DNA of 60,563 bases, counting the filler, from Sphacelaria rigidula (Eukaryota), in the NCBI GenBank assembly GCA_964200075.2. It is 8 parts of 8 records of this genome, joined end to end, with 100 filler letters (N's around TTAATTAATTAA, not from the genome) between each part and the next. Parts side by side here need not be neighbours in the genome. Positions count along the whole stretch, not along the records: positions 7,585 to 15,068 come from CAXNAA020014712.1; positions 15,169 to 22,652 come from CAXNAA020014713.1; positions 22,753 to 30,235 come from CAXNAA020014714.1; 5 more parts are not named here. The stretch is one strand, 5' to 3'. Below, one piece after another: positions 12,686-23,502 of this stretch; position 1 is the stretch's first letter; every line of letters starts with the position of its first letter. The notes under the pieces were generated by a model. The model had not been told where the DNA came from and did no database searches. It saw nothing but the letters and a program-made list of their open reading frames with translations. A program made the position numbers and the translations under genes.

Positions 12686-13102
12686 ACGAGCTGGGCGAGC
12701 AGTGAATCCCGCATTTACATGTCACACCATAACTTATCGGGTTTACCAAATCAGCCCAACTTGAGTATATCGGTGTGACCTGCAGACCAACGTGGTGACG
12801 CACGGGACCGCCGCTGGAGTAAGACAAAAATATTTTTTAAATGTACTGCATAATGTATCATCTAATCGACGGAACAAAAAAAAGGACTCCGTCGGGATTC
12901 GAACTCGTGACCTCCATAACTGGAGTCACCTGCATCATCTGGATTAAACGAGCTCAGCCGTGCCACACAAAAGTTGGATGCTGCGCCAAATTTCTAGGAT
13001 TTTTGGCCGAAATTGTACCAGGATCTCCACACAAAGACGCACAACTACACCAGGAATGCCCCCGTGTTTCTTTATTTTCACGGAATTACACCGTCTATCA
13101 TG

Positions 13103-13475
13103 ACCGGTCGCCCCGGTGGCTCAGTTGGTGATCTCGAAACCTCATGACTGTTGGGTTGTGGGTTCGAATCTCGGAGCGATCTGGGATTTTTTCTCACACA
13201 GTGCCCAGCATTGGAGAGTGAATATGTCGCGGGTACACAAAATTCGACTCGATGGTAGACGAGGGAAGGAGACTGCTGAACACCTCTCTCGATTAAGCTA
13301 AAAAGATCAAGTACCGCAGGAGGGAGGTGGAGAATTAAAAACAAATAGAAATAGAAGAACCCCTGTGTTGGCCTTCCTCCTATGTGACACCGGCTGGTGC
13401 GCCCACATATACCGAAAGATGCAGACCAGCGTCCAGAATAGAGGGGACGACAATACAACACATCAACACATACAC
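13103..13475 (+). mobile_element. tRNA-derived SINE, family 1
   Basis: A box TGGCTCAGTTGG (13117-13128), B box GGTTCGAATC (13161-13170), unique body and CA-rich tail; homologous copies at 19380, 49706 and 55778. Confidence 0.88.
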
Positions 13476-13779
13476 GCAAGGGTATACCCTGTGATTTTAA
13501 GAACATAACAGGGTAGTGCACGTTCAGTTTGGGGTGCGGCGCTACACTCGGACTGAGCACCTCGAAGACACGTTCTAGTGCCTCAGCTCGACGCCCAAGG
13601 CGCCTGGGTAGCATAATTCATTTCATTTTGCTTCACACGTGATACTTAACTGCGGCGCCGAAGGAGAGAGCCTGTAAGCGCACCCTTTTCGTTAACAAAC
13701 CAGCAGGGTACACCCGACTCCCTACTCAAAAGTGATATCATACCCATCTTTGTCACCTGCGTACCCTTTAATGCTCAGG

Positions 13780-15068
13780 TTGTTGTTGTTGTTGTTGTTG
13801 TTGTCTGCACATCGAGAACCGTTCCTATACCTGAAAAGTACTCTATACTGGGTATCTGATGTGGACGCCTTCCGTGTTCACAGGCTAACTACCCAAAATA
13901 GTGGAGTTGTGAACTGGCTGCCAGTTCAACTGACCAGTTACAGTCAACTGGTACAACTGGTTGGCTGATCGGTTTTGTAAACAGTTCAACCAGTTACTTC
14001 ACCCGACACACGTCATACTCTAAAGTGTTTGGTGTACATATGTGTCATGCTTGAGTCAGTGCTTTCAAAGTATTGTACTACAATGACCGTGGAAACGCTG
14101 TTATAGAGGCGGGTACATGACCGCACAGCGCACACACCGAGACATGAACACGAATGTCGCAGACAATCCATTCTAATATACAAAAAAAATAGAGATTGGG
14201 CACAGACAGTTGTTGATTGAGCGGATCTGAAACGTGAAGCAAAACCGCGTTTCGTAGCGTTGTTGTGACAGCGCGTGCTTTGCTTTTTATTCTGTCAGCA
14301 TCAAGCGTCGAGCGTTTAGCATTTAGTGGTGACTGGTCAAAATGATACCGAAGCATGAGGAACAGTCGAGATTTCTGTTGAATTTTCCTGGCTGATGAAG
14401 CCACACTCAGGAACGTTACCAAGTTGTCGGGCTACTAGTTCGGGTGCCGTAGGTGACATTCGGGCCACTATTACACAGGCAGGACCCAAGGGTCTACTCA
14501 ACACGGGAGGCCAAACATAAATGGATCCTAACTCAGGGAGCCAGGTCGCCAACCATAGCGATAAGAACGCCGCAGAGTTCCATCCCTGTACCGCTAGAGG
14601 GACAGCTATGTGTACGAATATACTAGGCATAACAGGAAGAGCACGACATAGCAACACATCACCTCGGCGGAGTGGTACTTGGAAGGCAGTGATCAGGAGG
14701 CAGAAAGGAAAACATGCGGAGATGATGAGGAGTCCTGACACCTCCGCCATGTTCAGTCCGGTACAAGCTGGCTACACGTTTTCCAATCTTCGTCCTGGTC
14801 TCCTCAGAGGTGCCGTTTAAGCGCACGCATTCGGCTGGCCTCCTCCTCGTTCGTGTGCCAAGAGGTTATGAATCTCCGCTCCGTGCAGCACCCCCGCGTG
14901 CCACGGTACCGCCCCCTTCCTTCTTCGCTGCTGTGAGCCAGAGGACACTTCCAACCCCAAAAACCTGTCGGTTGTCATCCGTAGAGCCGTTCTTGGCACC
15001 GAAAGCTTGAAGATCGTTCGTCGGACACTTCCGTCAGTTTTGCTCTGGGCACCCCGGTCCTGGCTCCT
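13780..15068 (-). mobile_element. RTE-clade LINE 3' fragment (ORF C-terminus, long 3' UTR, (CAA)n tail), degenerate and probably interrupted
   Basis: 14817-15068 matches 45555-45810 (PGCPEQN...PWHAGVL); 14440-14640 matches 46317-46520; tail at 13780-13888 matches 46661-46835. Confidence 0.8.
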
Positions 15069-15168
15069 NNNNNNNNNNNNNNNNNNNNNNNNNNNNNNNN
15101 NNNNNNNNNNNNTTAATTAATTAANNNNNNNNNNNNNNNNNNNNNNNNNNNNNNNNNNNNNNNNNNNN
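15069..15168. other. Artificial contig linker
   Basis: N/TTAATTAATTAA/N, 100 nt. Confidence 0.98.
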
Positions 15169-15240
15169 GCATAAGATGCCCAGTACCAATGTACCGCGCA
15201 GATATCGGAACGGCTTTTAATGTGAAGACAACAACAACAG
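15169..15240 (+). mobile_element. 3' terminus of RTE LINE with (CAA)n tail
   Basis: AGATGCCCAGTACCAATGTACCGCGCAGATATCGGAACGG...GAAGACAACAACAAC. Confidence 0.8.
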
Positions 15241-15499
15241 ACAATATTCAGCGGTGGTGCCGTGTGTCACCAGGTTGGTCTACACTTTACAGTGATATGC
15301 TTACATCGGGTTCATTCGGGAAACTGAGAAGCTGTGATGTGAGCAAGTTTCAGCAGCTTTTAAGCTGGCCCAGCTCGTGGCGCCACCAGACCATATTTTT
15401 TTGTGTACCAGGGCGATTCAGCCGTGACGCACGTCAGGTTGGCTATACGGTTTCACCTTTTCTACTGTAAAGGGCGCGCCTGACCCCCCCAAAAAGGCA

Positions 15500-15775
15500 A
15501 AGAATGTGTCAGCGACCAAAATCATGCACAGATACGGATAGACCGACTTTTGCGGCTCATGGTTTGAGGAGACGGAATCTACATGTAAACCAAAATTATA
15601 AAAGCCAAGCACACCGAACAGGTAGAACTCCCATGCTTGTGATCATTTTGTTTTTTTTGTCGGCCATATGAAGTTTTCATGCAGCCTATAACCAACAATC
15701 ATGCTCTGTATGGCTATTTTCTTCGTGACAATTTTGGGGCTAGTTTGGGAGGGGGCTATCGCCGCATCACTCCTG
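15500..15775 (-). repeat. Copy of unclassified coding-like repeat family X
   Basis: Reverse complement aligns with 30148-30235 and 33230-33470, and in the same orientation with 37560-37790 (CCCCC.AAAC.AGCCC.AAA.TGTCACGA...GCCATACAG...). Confidence 0.65.
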
Positions 15776-16108
15776 CGTAGGCTATAGGGAGCTAGTTGCT
15801 GGATACGGTACGTGTGGTTTTCTGCGTTCGTGGTTGACTGGATATCGCTCACCGATTCAATGAAAACATCTTCTCCATTTTCGCGTGTAAATCACCACGG
15901 TGGTGATATAAAGTCAGCAGTGAAGCCCATGATGGCAACTCTGGCAATACGCCAATATGAGAAGTGCCCCAGAAGCCACTCGTGGTAGCACTCGACCCAC
16001 GACTAGACCTGGATGTTTCCCGGGGTCACCGCACCCCCGTGCGATGACCCCGATACCTTTGCGATAATCGGATTTGATCATGCGATTCTCGCTTTTTCCC
16101 GCACCCCT

Positions 16109-16196
16109 GTGCCAAGACCTCATTACGTGCCAAGACCCGGGCGTGTGCTAAGACCCTGTTATGTGCCAAGACCCGGACGTGTGCCAAGACCCGGCG
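16109..16196. repeat. 18-bp minisatellite, core GTGCCAAGACC, 5 copies
   Basis: Direct tandem repeats visible. Confidence 0.85.
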
Positions 16197-16339
16197 TCTT
16201 TCGGTATTCAGCTGAAAAAAGCGGAAACCAATGAAGCATAGAGAAATATTGCCAGAGAGCCTGCAAATAACGTATACAGTAGCCCAACTACAGACAATCT
16301 GGGTCACATAGTTATTGTACGCTCCGTCGTATATATCGA

Positions 16340-16412
16340 GGGGATGTAGCTCAAATGGTAGAGCGGTCGCTTAGCATGCGACAGGTAGTGGGATCAATGC
16401 CCACCATCTCCA
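16340..16412 (+). tRNA. tRNA-Ala (anticodon AGC)
   Basis: Acceptor stem GGGGATG/CATCTCC plus discriminator A, with G3:U70; D arm GCTC-AAATGGTA-GAGC; anticodon arm GTCGC-TTAGCAT-GCGAC; T arm GTGGG-ATCAATG-CCCAC; 73 nt; downstream T-run. Confidence 0.93.
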
Positions 16413-16416
16413 CGTA

Positions 16417-16423
16417 TTTTTTT
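16417..16423 (+). terminator. RNA polymerase III terminator (T7) of tRNA-Ala
   Basis: Seven T residues starting 5 nt after the discriminator base. Confidence 0.75.
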
Positions 16424-16431
16424 ACCGCCGC

Positions 16432-16943
16432 GACCCTGACGGTCCAAAGGTGCAACTGACCCCATTAGGGTGGCAAAAACGCGGATTCGATTCCCGCCCA
16501 ATGTGTTGGGTTCTTTCCTCACAAGTACCGATTCCGCCGTTGGAAGCGTGATGATGTGAGAAGGAAGAGTTGTCTGTTTGGGTGAGTAACACGGGTTCCA
16601 TTTCCCCCAGATGTCTTTGGTTTCTTCTCACAAATATCGACTTCCGTCGATGACGTGAAAAGCAAGAATAGTCTGTTTGGGTGAGTTTGTTAGACGGCAG
16701 TCGACAGGGTGCGGAAGCTAGTGCCGCTGATCGAATCCGCGATACAAAAATATGAGGGGTTTGTCGACCGGGGGAGAGATGGCTTGATCCCTTGAGAGCA
16801 CGGACTCGTTCAGAGAAAGGGGAGAAGTTAGAAGTGAGGACAAAAGAGAGAGAGGTAAGCAACAGTACTTTAGCGACCGAGCTCCCGGACAAGATCACCG
16901 CCACGACCACCAGGACCACGACAACCACCACCACCACCACCCA
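16432..16943 (+). mobile_element. Putative second SINE family: tRNA-Gly-like head, internally duplicated body, (ACC)n tail
   Basis: GCGGATTCGATTCCCGCCCAATG resembles a tRNA-Gly 3' end/B box; duplicated block ending GTCTGTTTGGGTGAGT (about 16507-16587 and 16617-16686); ACC-rich tail. Confidence 0.45.
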
Positions 16944-18917
16944 CTGTCAGGGAGTAACCAAAGCCTCTGAAGACACGGCGTCATCATATCCGGGCTCGTG
17001 GGTCGGGAGAGTGAGCTCAACGCCGAGTCTACCTGCTACATTCGTCATAGCAAGCAACTGCACTCATCGGACAATTGAGCGCCGCGCCTTTATTGGACGT
17101 CATCATCAACAGTGAACCCTATCATTTTCACGAATGTTGTGAACCGGCACCAACCATGCCGCCCCTCGTCCCGAGTCTCTCTCTCCTTTTGAGTTTTTGA
17201 CTCGATCGCGAGACCTCACGAGACGTGATGCTGGGCATATCTCACCAAAGTTTTCTCCATCGCTTGGTATGGTACTGGTGCTCGGAACCAATGCGCACAC
17301 CAGGTATTTGGAGCGCTGTAATGAGGCTTGACGGGCTGAGGTTTTGGTCACGAATACATTCAGGTTCCGCCGCATCTCTCGAGGGTGATCTCAACCTTAC
17401 CAGCATGCTTGGTGTTGCTCGTGGAACAGCAATCACAAGACAGTAGAGAAAATATGCATGCTACTACTCAATGATACAAGCCTGTCTCTACGTATCACTT
17501 TTTAGAAAACGATCAGGAGTGTTGATGCGTGATGGCCTAACGTTTAGCACTTTGACTGCACTACCCAGGGATCTTCACTCCGAAAGCACCCGCCAGGAAA
17601 AACGAGTCAACGAAACTCGGCGAGTGCCTTACATGAGCTGAAATTGGCACCCCCGCAGACAAAGGGTTGAGCGTGTGTGCACCCAACAACTACTCAAACT
17701 TTACCGTGTAGCTTGGTCTCCACTCCAGGAGAATCGAGGGATAATATTGGAGAGCATTGTGTACATACACGCCCTCTGCCAGTAATTGCAGTAGGACAGG
17801 GATAACGGAGTACTAGTAGTTGTCGGCGATCACTGAAGAGCAGCGCGCGATCCCACGAGCCAGCGCCCTCCACACACAGACTAAAACTGCAATGATTTCC
17901 GACGCGACTTTTGCTAGCTGAAAATGAGCGTGGCAGCATGTTCAACTTTCCCAAGAGTTATCTTTATGTAATGATTTCTGCTCTTGACCTGCAGTACATT
18001 GTCTACATGTTACGACTACCGTAGTGGAGGGCGGATGTGCTTGACCAATCGAGATATCATCTTGTTGGTCCAAACATTACACGTACATTGTCCCAGAATG
18101 CACGAGTTTTGCGCCTTGTTCGTTGAAGTAAGCGACGGTTGATTTCTCCCCTGAAGAACCACAACGGATCATAATCCATATCTATAGCTGAACTACGCAT
18201 GCGTCTCAACAATTAGACCGCGGAGCAGTCCTTTTGAGTTCAACATATGCCAATGCGCCAGTTCGTCTATCGAGTTTTGTGAACGACTGCTGCTACAGAA
18301 AAAGAAACTGCGCCTCAGGATCGAATACTCCATGTATGCAGTACTGGTATTTAATCATAGTGACCACGGCTAGACGATACATGTGCGGCAACTTGGTCTA
18401 TTCAAGCCCTGGCGGCATTCTTTTACTTGTTTTGTGTAACTTCGGACGGGAAAAATGGAAGAGCGATAGTTCCGTGATAGGACTCTTGCGATTCACATCC
18501 TACACTCCACACACAATCTCGCTGTGCCATAGCACTACCCTAAGCGCCCAACATCGTCAATAGCTACGAGAACAGCGATCTCAAATGTACAGTCACACTA
18601 CTGTTGTGGAGTCCATGTTGTACAGTTGGGATTGTGCGTGCGTCGAATTGCAAATAACAAGCCAGTGATTTTCGAGACTGCACGTTTCTAAAGCCCACAC
18701 GGAGACTGGTATAGGCTCGGGGAAATGGTCATGTAAGTAGAAACAGTGACAGGTATTGGGAAAGTGAATACAAAATCTGCTCAAACGGGGGGGGGCGCAT
18801 ATTTCCAGAGCTCAGAGCGAGCCTTAGCTGACAATTCTGATCGTATCACATGTACCCTGGATGGCATTGATACTTCCAAGACTAACTCCTAGTCCCCTGG
18901 CTTAAACTAGGGGATGT

Positions 18918-18991
18918 GATGGATCACAGAGAATACGAAGATGCGATGGATCACAGAGAACACGAAGATGCGATGGACCACAGAGAACACG
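18918..18991. repeat. 27-bp tandem repeat, about 2.7 copies
   Basis: GATGGATCACAGAGAA(T/C)ACGAAGATGC repeated. Confidence 0.8.
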
Positions 18992-19379
18992 GGTGGAGAA
19001 GCGTTTGGCGGCTGTATGCCTCAAACCAGCCCAAGAACGGCGGCTCAACGACGTGGCTTGGCTCAGCGTCTACTTGAGGAGGATACGCGCTTTTCAAGTG
19101 CGATGCTTTTGCCGATGGTGGAACCGGCATTTTGATTCTAGCATTTCAAATTTGAGTTGCGGTGCATCATGTGTTGCACGCCGAGTAAGGCAGAACCATG
19201 GCCAGTTGCGAACCGACGCCAGTTTCAATTCTATCAGCATTTGACTAAATTATGGCACTTCTCTCCTATCCAATGGATCACCTAGAATGCTTGTGAGCAG
19301 GCAGCCTATCCGTATATCGGCGGCATCCAAAAGTCCAAAAAGGTCGTAGCGGCCCTTTCAGAAGAGACGCTACAGTCCG

Positions 19380-19735
19380 CCGGCCGCCCCGGTGGCCCAG
19401 TTGGTAACCTTGACTCCTTCTGATGGTTGGATCGTGGGTTCGAATCTCTGTGCGGTCACACGATCTGGATTTTTTTCTTACAAAATGTCCAACAGTGGAG
19501 AGTGACTGTGTCGTGGGTACAGAAAATTTGATTTCGCGGTTGACGAGGGAAAGAGACTGCTGAATCCCTCTCGCGATAAAAGGTAAGGCCAAAACCGCAG
19601 GAGGAAGATAACGCACTAGAACAAAAGAAAACAGAAAAAACTCCTGTGTCGGCCTTCCTCCTGTGAGACCCTGGCTGATGCGCCCACATAGACCGAAAGG
19701 TGTAGACTGGCGTCCACAATAGATGGGATGGCAAC

Positions 19736-19816
<81 letters not shown>

Positions 19817-19829
19817 ACAACATAACACA
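19380..19829 (+). mobile_element. tRNA-derived SINE, family 1, with long (CAA)n tail
   Basis: GGTGGCCCAGTTGG A box, GGTTCGAATC B box, body colinear with the 13103 copy. Confidence 0.88.
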
Positions 19830-20462
19830 CCAAGGATGGCTTAATGGAATGCCAACTCTTTTGAAGGGGCGGCGGGTGTGATATCTGTACCTACTCCGAC
19901 ACCCCGTCAGGAGGAACTCAAGTTTGTCGGTACTACACTTTCAAGGTAATCAAGGAGCCCTAGGCGCTAGCATGTCGCTCCCGCTGCGAGATGCAGTATC
20001 AGCTGAGATGCCGAAAGTGTGTTATGCCTGGTCACGATACTCTGCGCGCTTGCTGCTGAACCCGTCATGCTTTGTTTCAGTTCCGTTGGCATCCATCAAT
20101 TTATTTCCCTCCGCACCGGATATTCTGTATTCGACCATTTTCCAAGTAAGGTCTGACATGAAATTACCATATTCGACAACCCGCCTTTGTTGGACCCATT
20201 TTACATTTAACTTCTGCATACTCTCTGTGTAATACAAGCATTTTTCTCCATCAATAAGAGACATCATACTGCGTATGAATTCTTCCCCGTCCTCGTAGAA
20301 TATGTTGAACATTCTACCCACAGGACTTGCTCGTCTCGCAGCGAAACTTAAACAGGGTTTCCTTACTGCGCTGTCTCGTCTTGCCCTCGTATCTTGGCGC
20401 ACAATTGCGAATGATGCACACAGCTCACGTCTGCGTGGAAACTGGACAATCTCTCCCGTAAC

Positions 20463-21722
20463 ATGGGCGTGCTCTTCGTCGCGCGAGACGCTGATGCTTC
20501 TAGCTTCTGCACGAATCCAGTTTTCAGCTATTTTGTCGTATCGGGAAGTTTGCTTGCTGTGGCTGAGCAGTCACTTGGTGAACCTGCTGAGGTCGGCGAC
20601 TGCGAACAGTTCCACGGCGTAGACCGCTCCCCACAGTGGTTTGACGCGCAAGACAAGGCACGCCAAACTGTACCACCGGCGGTACTAGTACTAGCGCGCC
20701 ATCATGTCGACAGGGGGGGTTCTACCACTCCCCTGTTTGAAGCCAACATCCAAACTGCCAGAGATCTCGACGACACGCACGGAAGATCTACAGCAGAACC
20801 GTATCTGCCAGGTGGAAATCCGTTGCGTGAAGCGGTTCCAGGTGCCCCTGATGATACCGAAGCAGACCACCGAGGAGTTCAGCACGGAGTTTCACTCGAC
20901 ACACACAATGATCAAGTACATGGCGGTACTGCGTGTTCCGCGGGAATATTACAGCAGGGACGTGAAAACAGTCGATCTATGTCGCTCAGAGTGGAAACCG
21001 TTATGTCGGATCTAGAATACGAGAAGGCAAGGCGACATCACCTGACGGACGTTGTACCGCTACGGCCCGGGCACGGTCTGGATGATTTCATTTTTCCTAG
21101 CTCCTCGCCGAGCGACGGCGAGAGAGAAGGTCCGATAGGTTCCACCGTTGTCGATACATACGACGAAAATTCATCGCCACTTTATGGTTATCATTGCACC
21201 GACAAGACTGCAAGTTCAGGAGGTGCTCGGATCATCCACGCGATGAATCCGAGATTTCGATGGAGATTGAATGCGACAAAGCCTGCGTGCATTGGAAGGA
21301 TCAGCCGACGGCTTTTGAAACAGCTGGAAATGGAAGAGCCACAACGGGAGATGGCCGCGAAAGTCTCATTACTTCAAAAAAGCGAGGTAGGTGTGCCAAA
21401 TCGGATGTTTTTCATTCATGTTTTCCTCGAGATACGTTTCTTGGCTCTGAGTGAGGTGCACCACTGGACGCTCCACAAAACATGCACAACCTCGCACACT
21501 GTCGCCAGCACCATTCTCCAAGTATTCCTTGATTACGTTGCCTTCAAACATTCCGAGAACGTTGCTGCTGGCATTTCAAGTGCGTCGTTACTTCACTGGG
21601 GGCGGAGTGCCGCGCGCGTATGTTTCACCTCTCTCCACTGTTTTGTATGTTTACCGCGACCGTTTTCTTTGCTTCGTACCAAGTGTCAGGAGTCACATGG
21701 TCGAAGACATCACCAGGTCTAA
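20463..21722 (+). CDS. Longest ORF in the window (419 aa), unknown product, possibly partly spurious
   Basis: ORF length only; no recognisable motif; overlaps coding-like frames on the opposite strand. Confidence 0.25.
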   Translation: MGVLFVARDADASSFCTNPVFSYFVVSGSLLAVAEQSLGEPAEVGDCEQFHGVDRSPQWFDAQDKARQTVPPAVLVLARHHVDRGGSTTPLFEANIQTARDLDDTHGRSTAEPYLPGGNPLREAVPGAPDDTEADHRGVQHGVSLDTHNDQVHGGTACSAGILQQGRENSRSMSLRVETVMSDLEYEKARRHHLTDVVPLRPGHGLDDFIFPSSSPSDGEREGPIGSTVVDTYDENSSPLYGYHCTDKTASSGGARIIHAMNPRFRWRLNATKPACIGRISRRLLKQLEMEEPQREMAAKVSLLQKSEVGVPNRMFFIHVFLEIRFLALSEVHHWTLHKTCTTSHTVASTILQVFLDYVAFKHSENVAAGISSASLLHWGRSAARVCFTSLHCFVCLPRPFSLLRTKCQESHGRRHHQV

Positions 21723-21959
21723 GTCCATCGAGATAATAAGCGAGAACTCATCATGATATTAACTCAAATTCACGTTGCTGCCGATTTTTACATATACATA
21801 TATACATATATATGTGCGGATTATGTGGAGTATAAATCCCCTCTTCCCCTCTTTATAGTGTCAAACGTTTGAGCGCCCGTGGTGATAGTTACGAGTATGT
21901 TGTGACAACGCTCTCGCGAATGTGAGGGGGGGCTTAGGGATCAAAGGCGGGGGGGAGGT

Positions 21960-22028
21960 GTGCTCATGATTCTGCATGCCGTAGTCAGAAGACAATAAAT
22001 CTCGCGTCCCTAAGCCGGAACGGAGCAC
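21960..22028 (-). mobile_element. 5'-truncated 3' end of RTEX-like LINE, subfamily B (diverged)
   Basis: TGCTCATGATTCTGCATGCCGTAGTCA matches 22071, 56960 and 60509; preceded by a G-run. Confidence 0.65.
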
Positions 22029-22070
22029 ACTAGGTTTAACTGGACAAGGCGAGAAGGGGAGGGGTGTATT

Positions 22071-22330
22071 GTACTCATGGCCTTGCATGCCGTAGTCATA
22101 AGAACGTTGACCTCGCATTTCTACAAAGCCGGGGCGGAGTACGCCGGGTTTTCGCCGGACCAGGCTCGCAATCACCAAGCGCGAAGTGCCGTGATGTGGT
22201 CGGCGAGTCGCATGAGGGGTGATCTGGAACCTGCGAAGGTTGTTTGGCCCGAAGCGCACCAAGTATCTTTCTTACGGGTGACAGCCTCCAGTGATTTGCT
22301 TCACTTTCTTGCGTCGCCACTTCTACAGAC
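22071..22330 (-). mobile_element. 5'-truncated RTEX-like LINE, subfamily B
   Basis: GTACTCATGGCCTTGCATGCCGTAGTCATAAGAACGTTGACCTCGCA; its 3' end is homologous to the subfamily A end (CEVNG vs CVVNG). Confidence 0.7.
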
Positions 22331-22369
22331 AGCCACAGGTTACACTGCCTCACGATAGCCTTACAATTA

Positions 22370-22565
22370 AAACACTACGTGGTACGATCATCCCCTTTGC
22401 GCGGAGTTGAGGTCCTCCACCCCGCACAATATGATCTACCTGGACAAGCATGGTTATCGCAAAAAAAGAACGCAAGCGAGAAAACAAACGGCAACATCTT
22501 TGCCTAGCTTAGGCATTAACTGGCGTGTTTTACAGCGTCGTTGCCAGCCGACGCCAGCCCTGATG
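22370..22565 (+). repeat. Dispersed repeat (second copy 31397-31565)
   Basis: Shared AAACACTAC...TCCCCTTTGCGCGGA...CACAATATGATCTA...CCGACGCCAGCCCTG, followed by a G-run in both copies. Confidence 0.75.
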
Positions 22566-22652
22566 AGTGGAGAAGGGGGCGGCGGGGGGTGGGGGTGGGG
22601 GGGGGGGGGATCATGCAGGGGAGGGGGAGGGACGAGAAATACAGGAGGGGGG

Positions 22653-22752
22653 NNNNNNNNNNNNNNNNNNNNNNNNNNNNNNNNNNNNNNNNNNNNTTAA
22701 TTAATTAANNNNNNNNNNNNNNNNNNNNNNNNNNNNNNNNNNNNNNNNNNNN
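22653..22752. other. Artificial contig linker
   Basis: N/TTAATTAATTAA/N, 100 nt. Confidence 0.98.
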
Positions 22753-22815
22753 ACTCATTTGTTGCTTGCCTTAGTCATTTGACCATTGACCACGCATCCC
22801 TTTCGAGACGGAGCA
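22753..22815 (-). mobile_element. 5'-truncated 3' end of RTEX-like LINE, subfamily A
   Basis: Identical to 27176-27238; its last bases (CGGAGCA) overlap the end of the LINE ORF at 30336. Confidence 0.85.
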
Positions 22816-22865
22816 CTTTTTTGGGGGGGGAGTTATCGTAGAAAGTGTCAACCTGTCACTTGCTC

Positions 22866-23125
22866 CATCAACCAACCGACCAACAAATTAATCAACAAAT
22901 CAACCGATCAACCGACTAACCAACCAAGCAGCCAATCAATCAATCAATCAAACGATGCAAACAACCAACCAGCCAACCAACTAATCGACCAACCAATACA
23001 CCGATCAACCAATTAACCAACGAATCAACCGATCAACTAAAAAAGCAAGCAAGCAACCAATAAGACAACCAACCAATGAAACCAACCCCATCAACCAACC
23101 CACCAAGCAAGCAACCAATCAACGA
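22866..23125. repeat. Degenerate (AACC/AATC)n tetranucleotide repeat
   Basis: Direct inspection. Confidence 0.85.
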
Positions 23126-23403
23126 AACACTCTCAACTTCCCGACGGTTAAAGCACCGAGAGGCCCGACCAACGCGGCGCGGGATGCCGAAGGGAAGTGT
23201 GTCCCAACACTTGCAGCCTCCATAGGTGTAGGTACTTTGCATTGCCAAGATTACGTAGAGTGTCGCTGTCCCGGTGTTACGCAGGCCACCATTGGAACAT
23301 GACACAAACGTCACTGCACTACGGCATAGGCTACTATATCCTGCACCATCTAAAGTGGTGTAATTCCATCATGCTTCCCCGCCTCGATGTTCCTCCCGAA
23401 CAG

Positions 23404-23502
23404 GCTCTTCAGTGGAGGAGAAGGGAGCGTCCGAGGCAGCCGCAGGGGGCGCGATTCGGGCTCGTTCTCCACGGACGATGCGTTCACCGACACTGGGTTG
23501 AG
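23404..23502 (+). CDS. Probable upstream exon of TMF1-like gene
   Basis: AACAG acceptor, GTGATT donor; LFSGGEGSVRGSRRGRDSGSFSTDDAFTDTGL; ends in phase 2, compatible with the exon at 26888. Confidence 0.55.

Noticed and set aside
13103-13180. tRNA genes at the SINE heads (also 19380, 50056, 55778)
   Set aside because: A and B boxes are present but there is no closed acceptor or anticodon stem, and the shared downstream body identifies them as SINEs.
16109-16196. CRISPR-like repeat/spacer pattern
   Set aside because: 11-nt core with 7-nt related spacers, no cas genes, eukaryotic context; it is a minisatellite.
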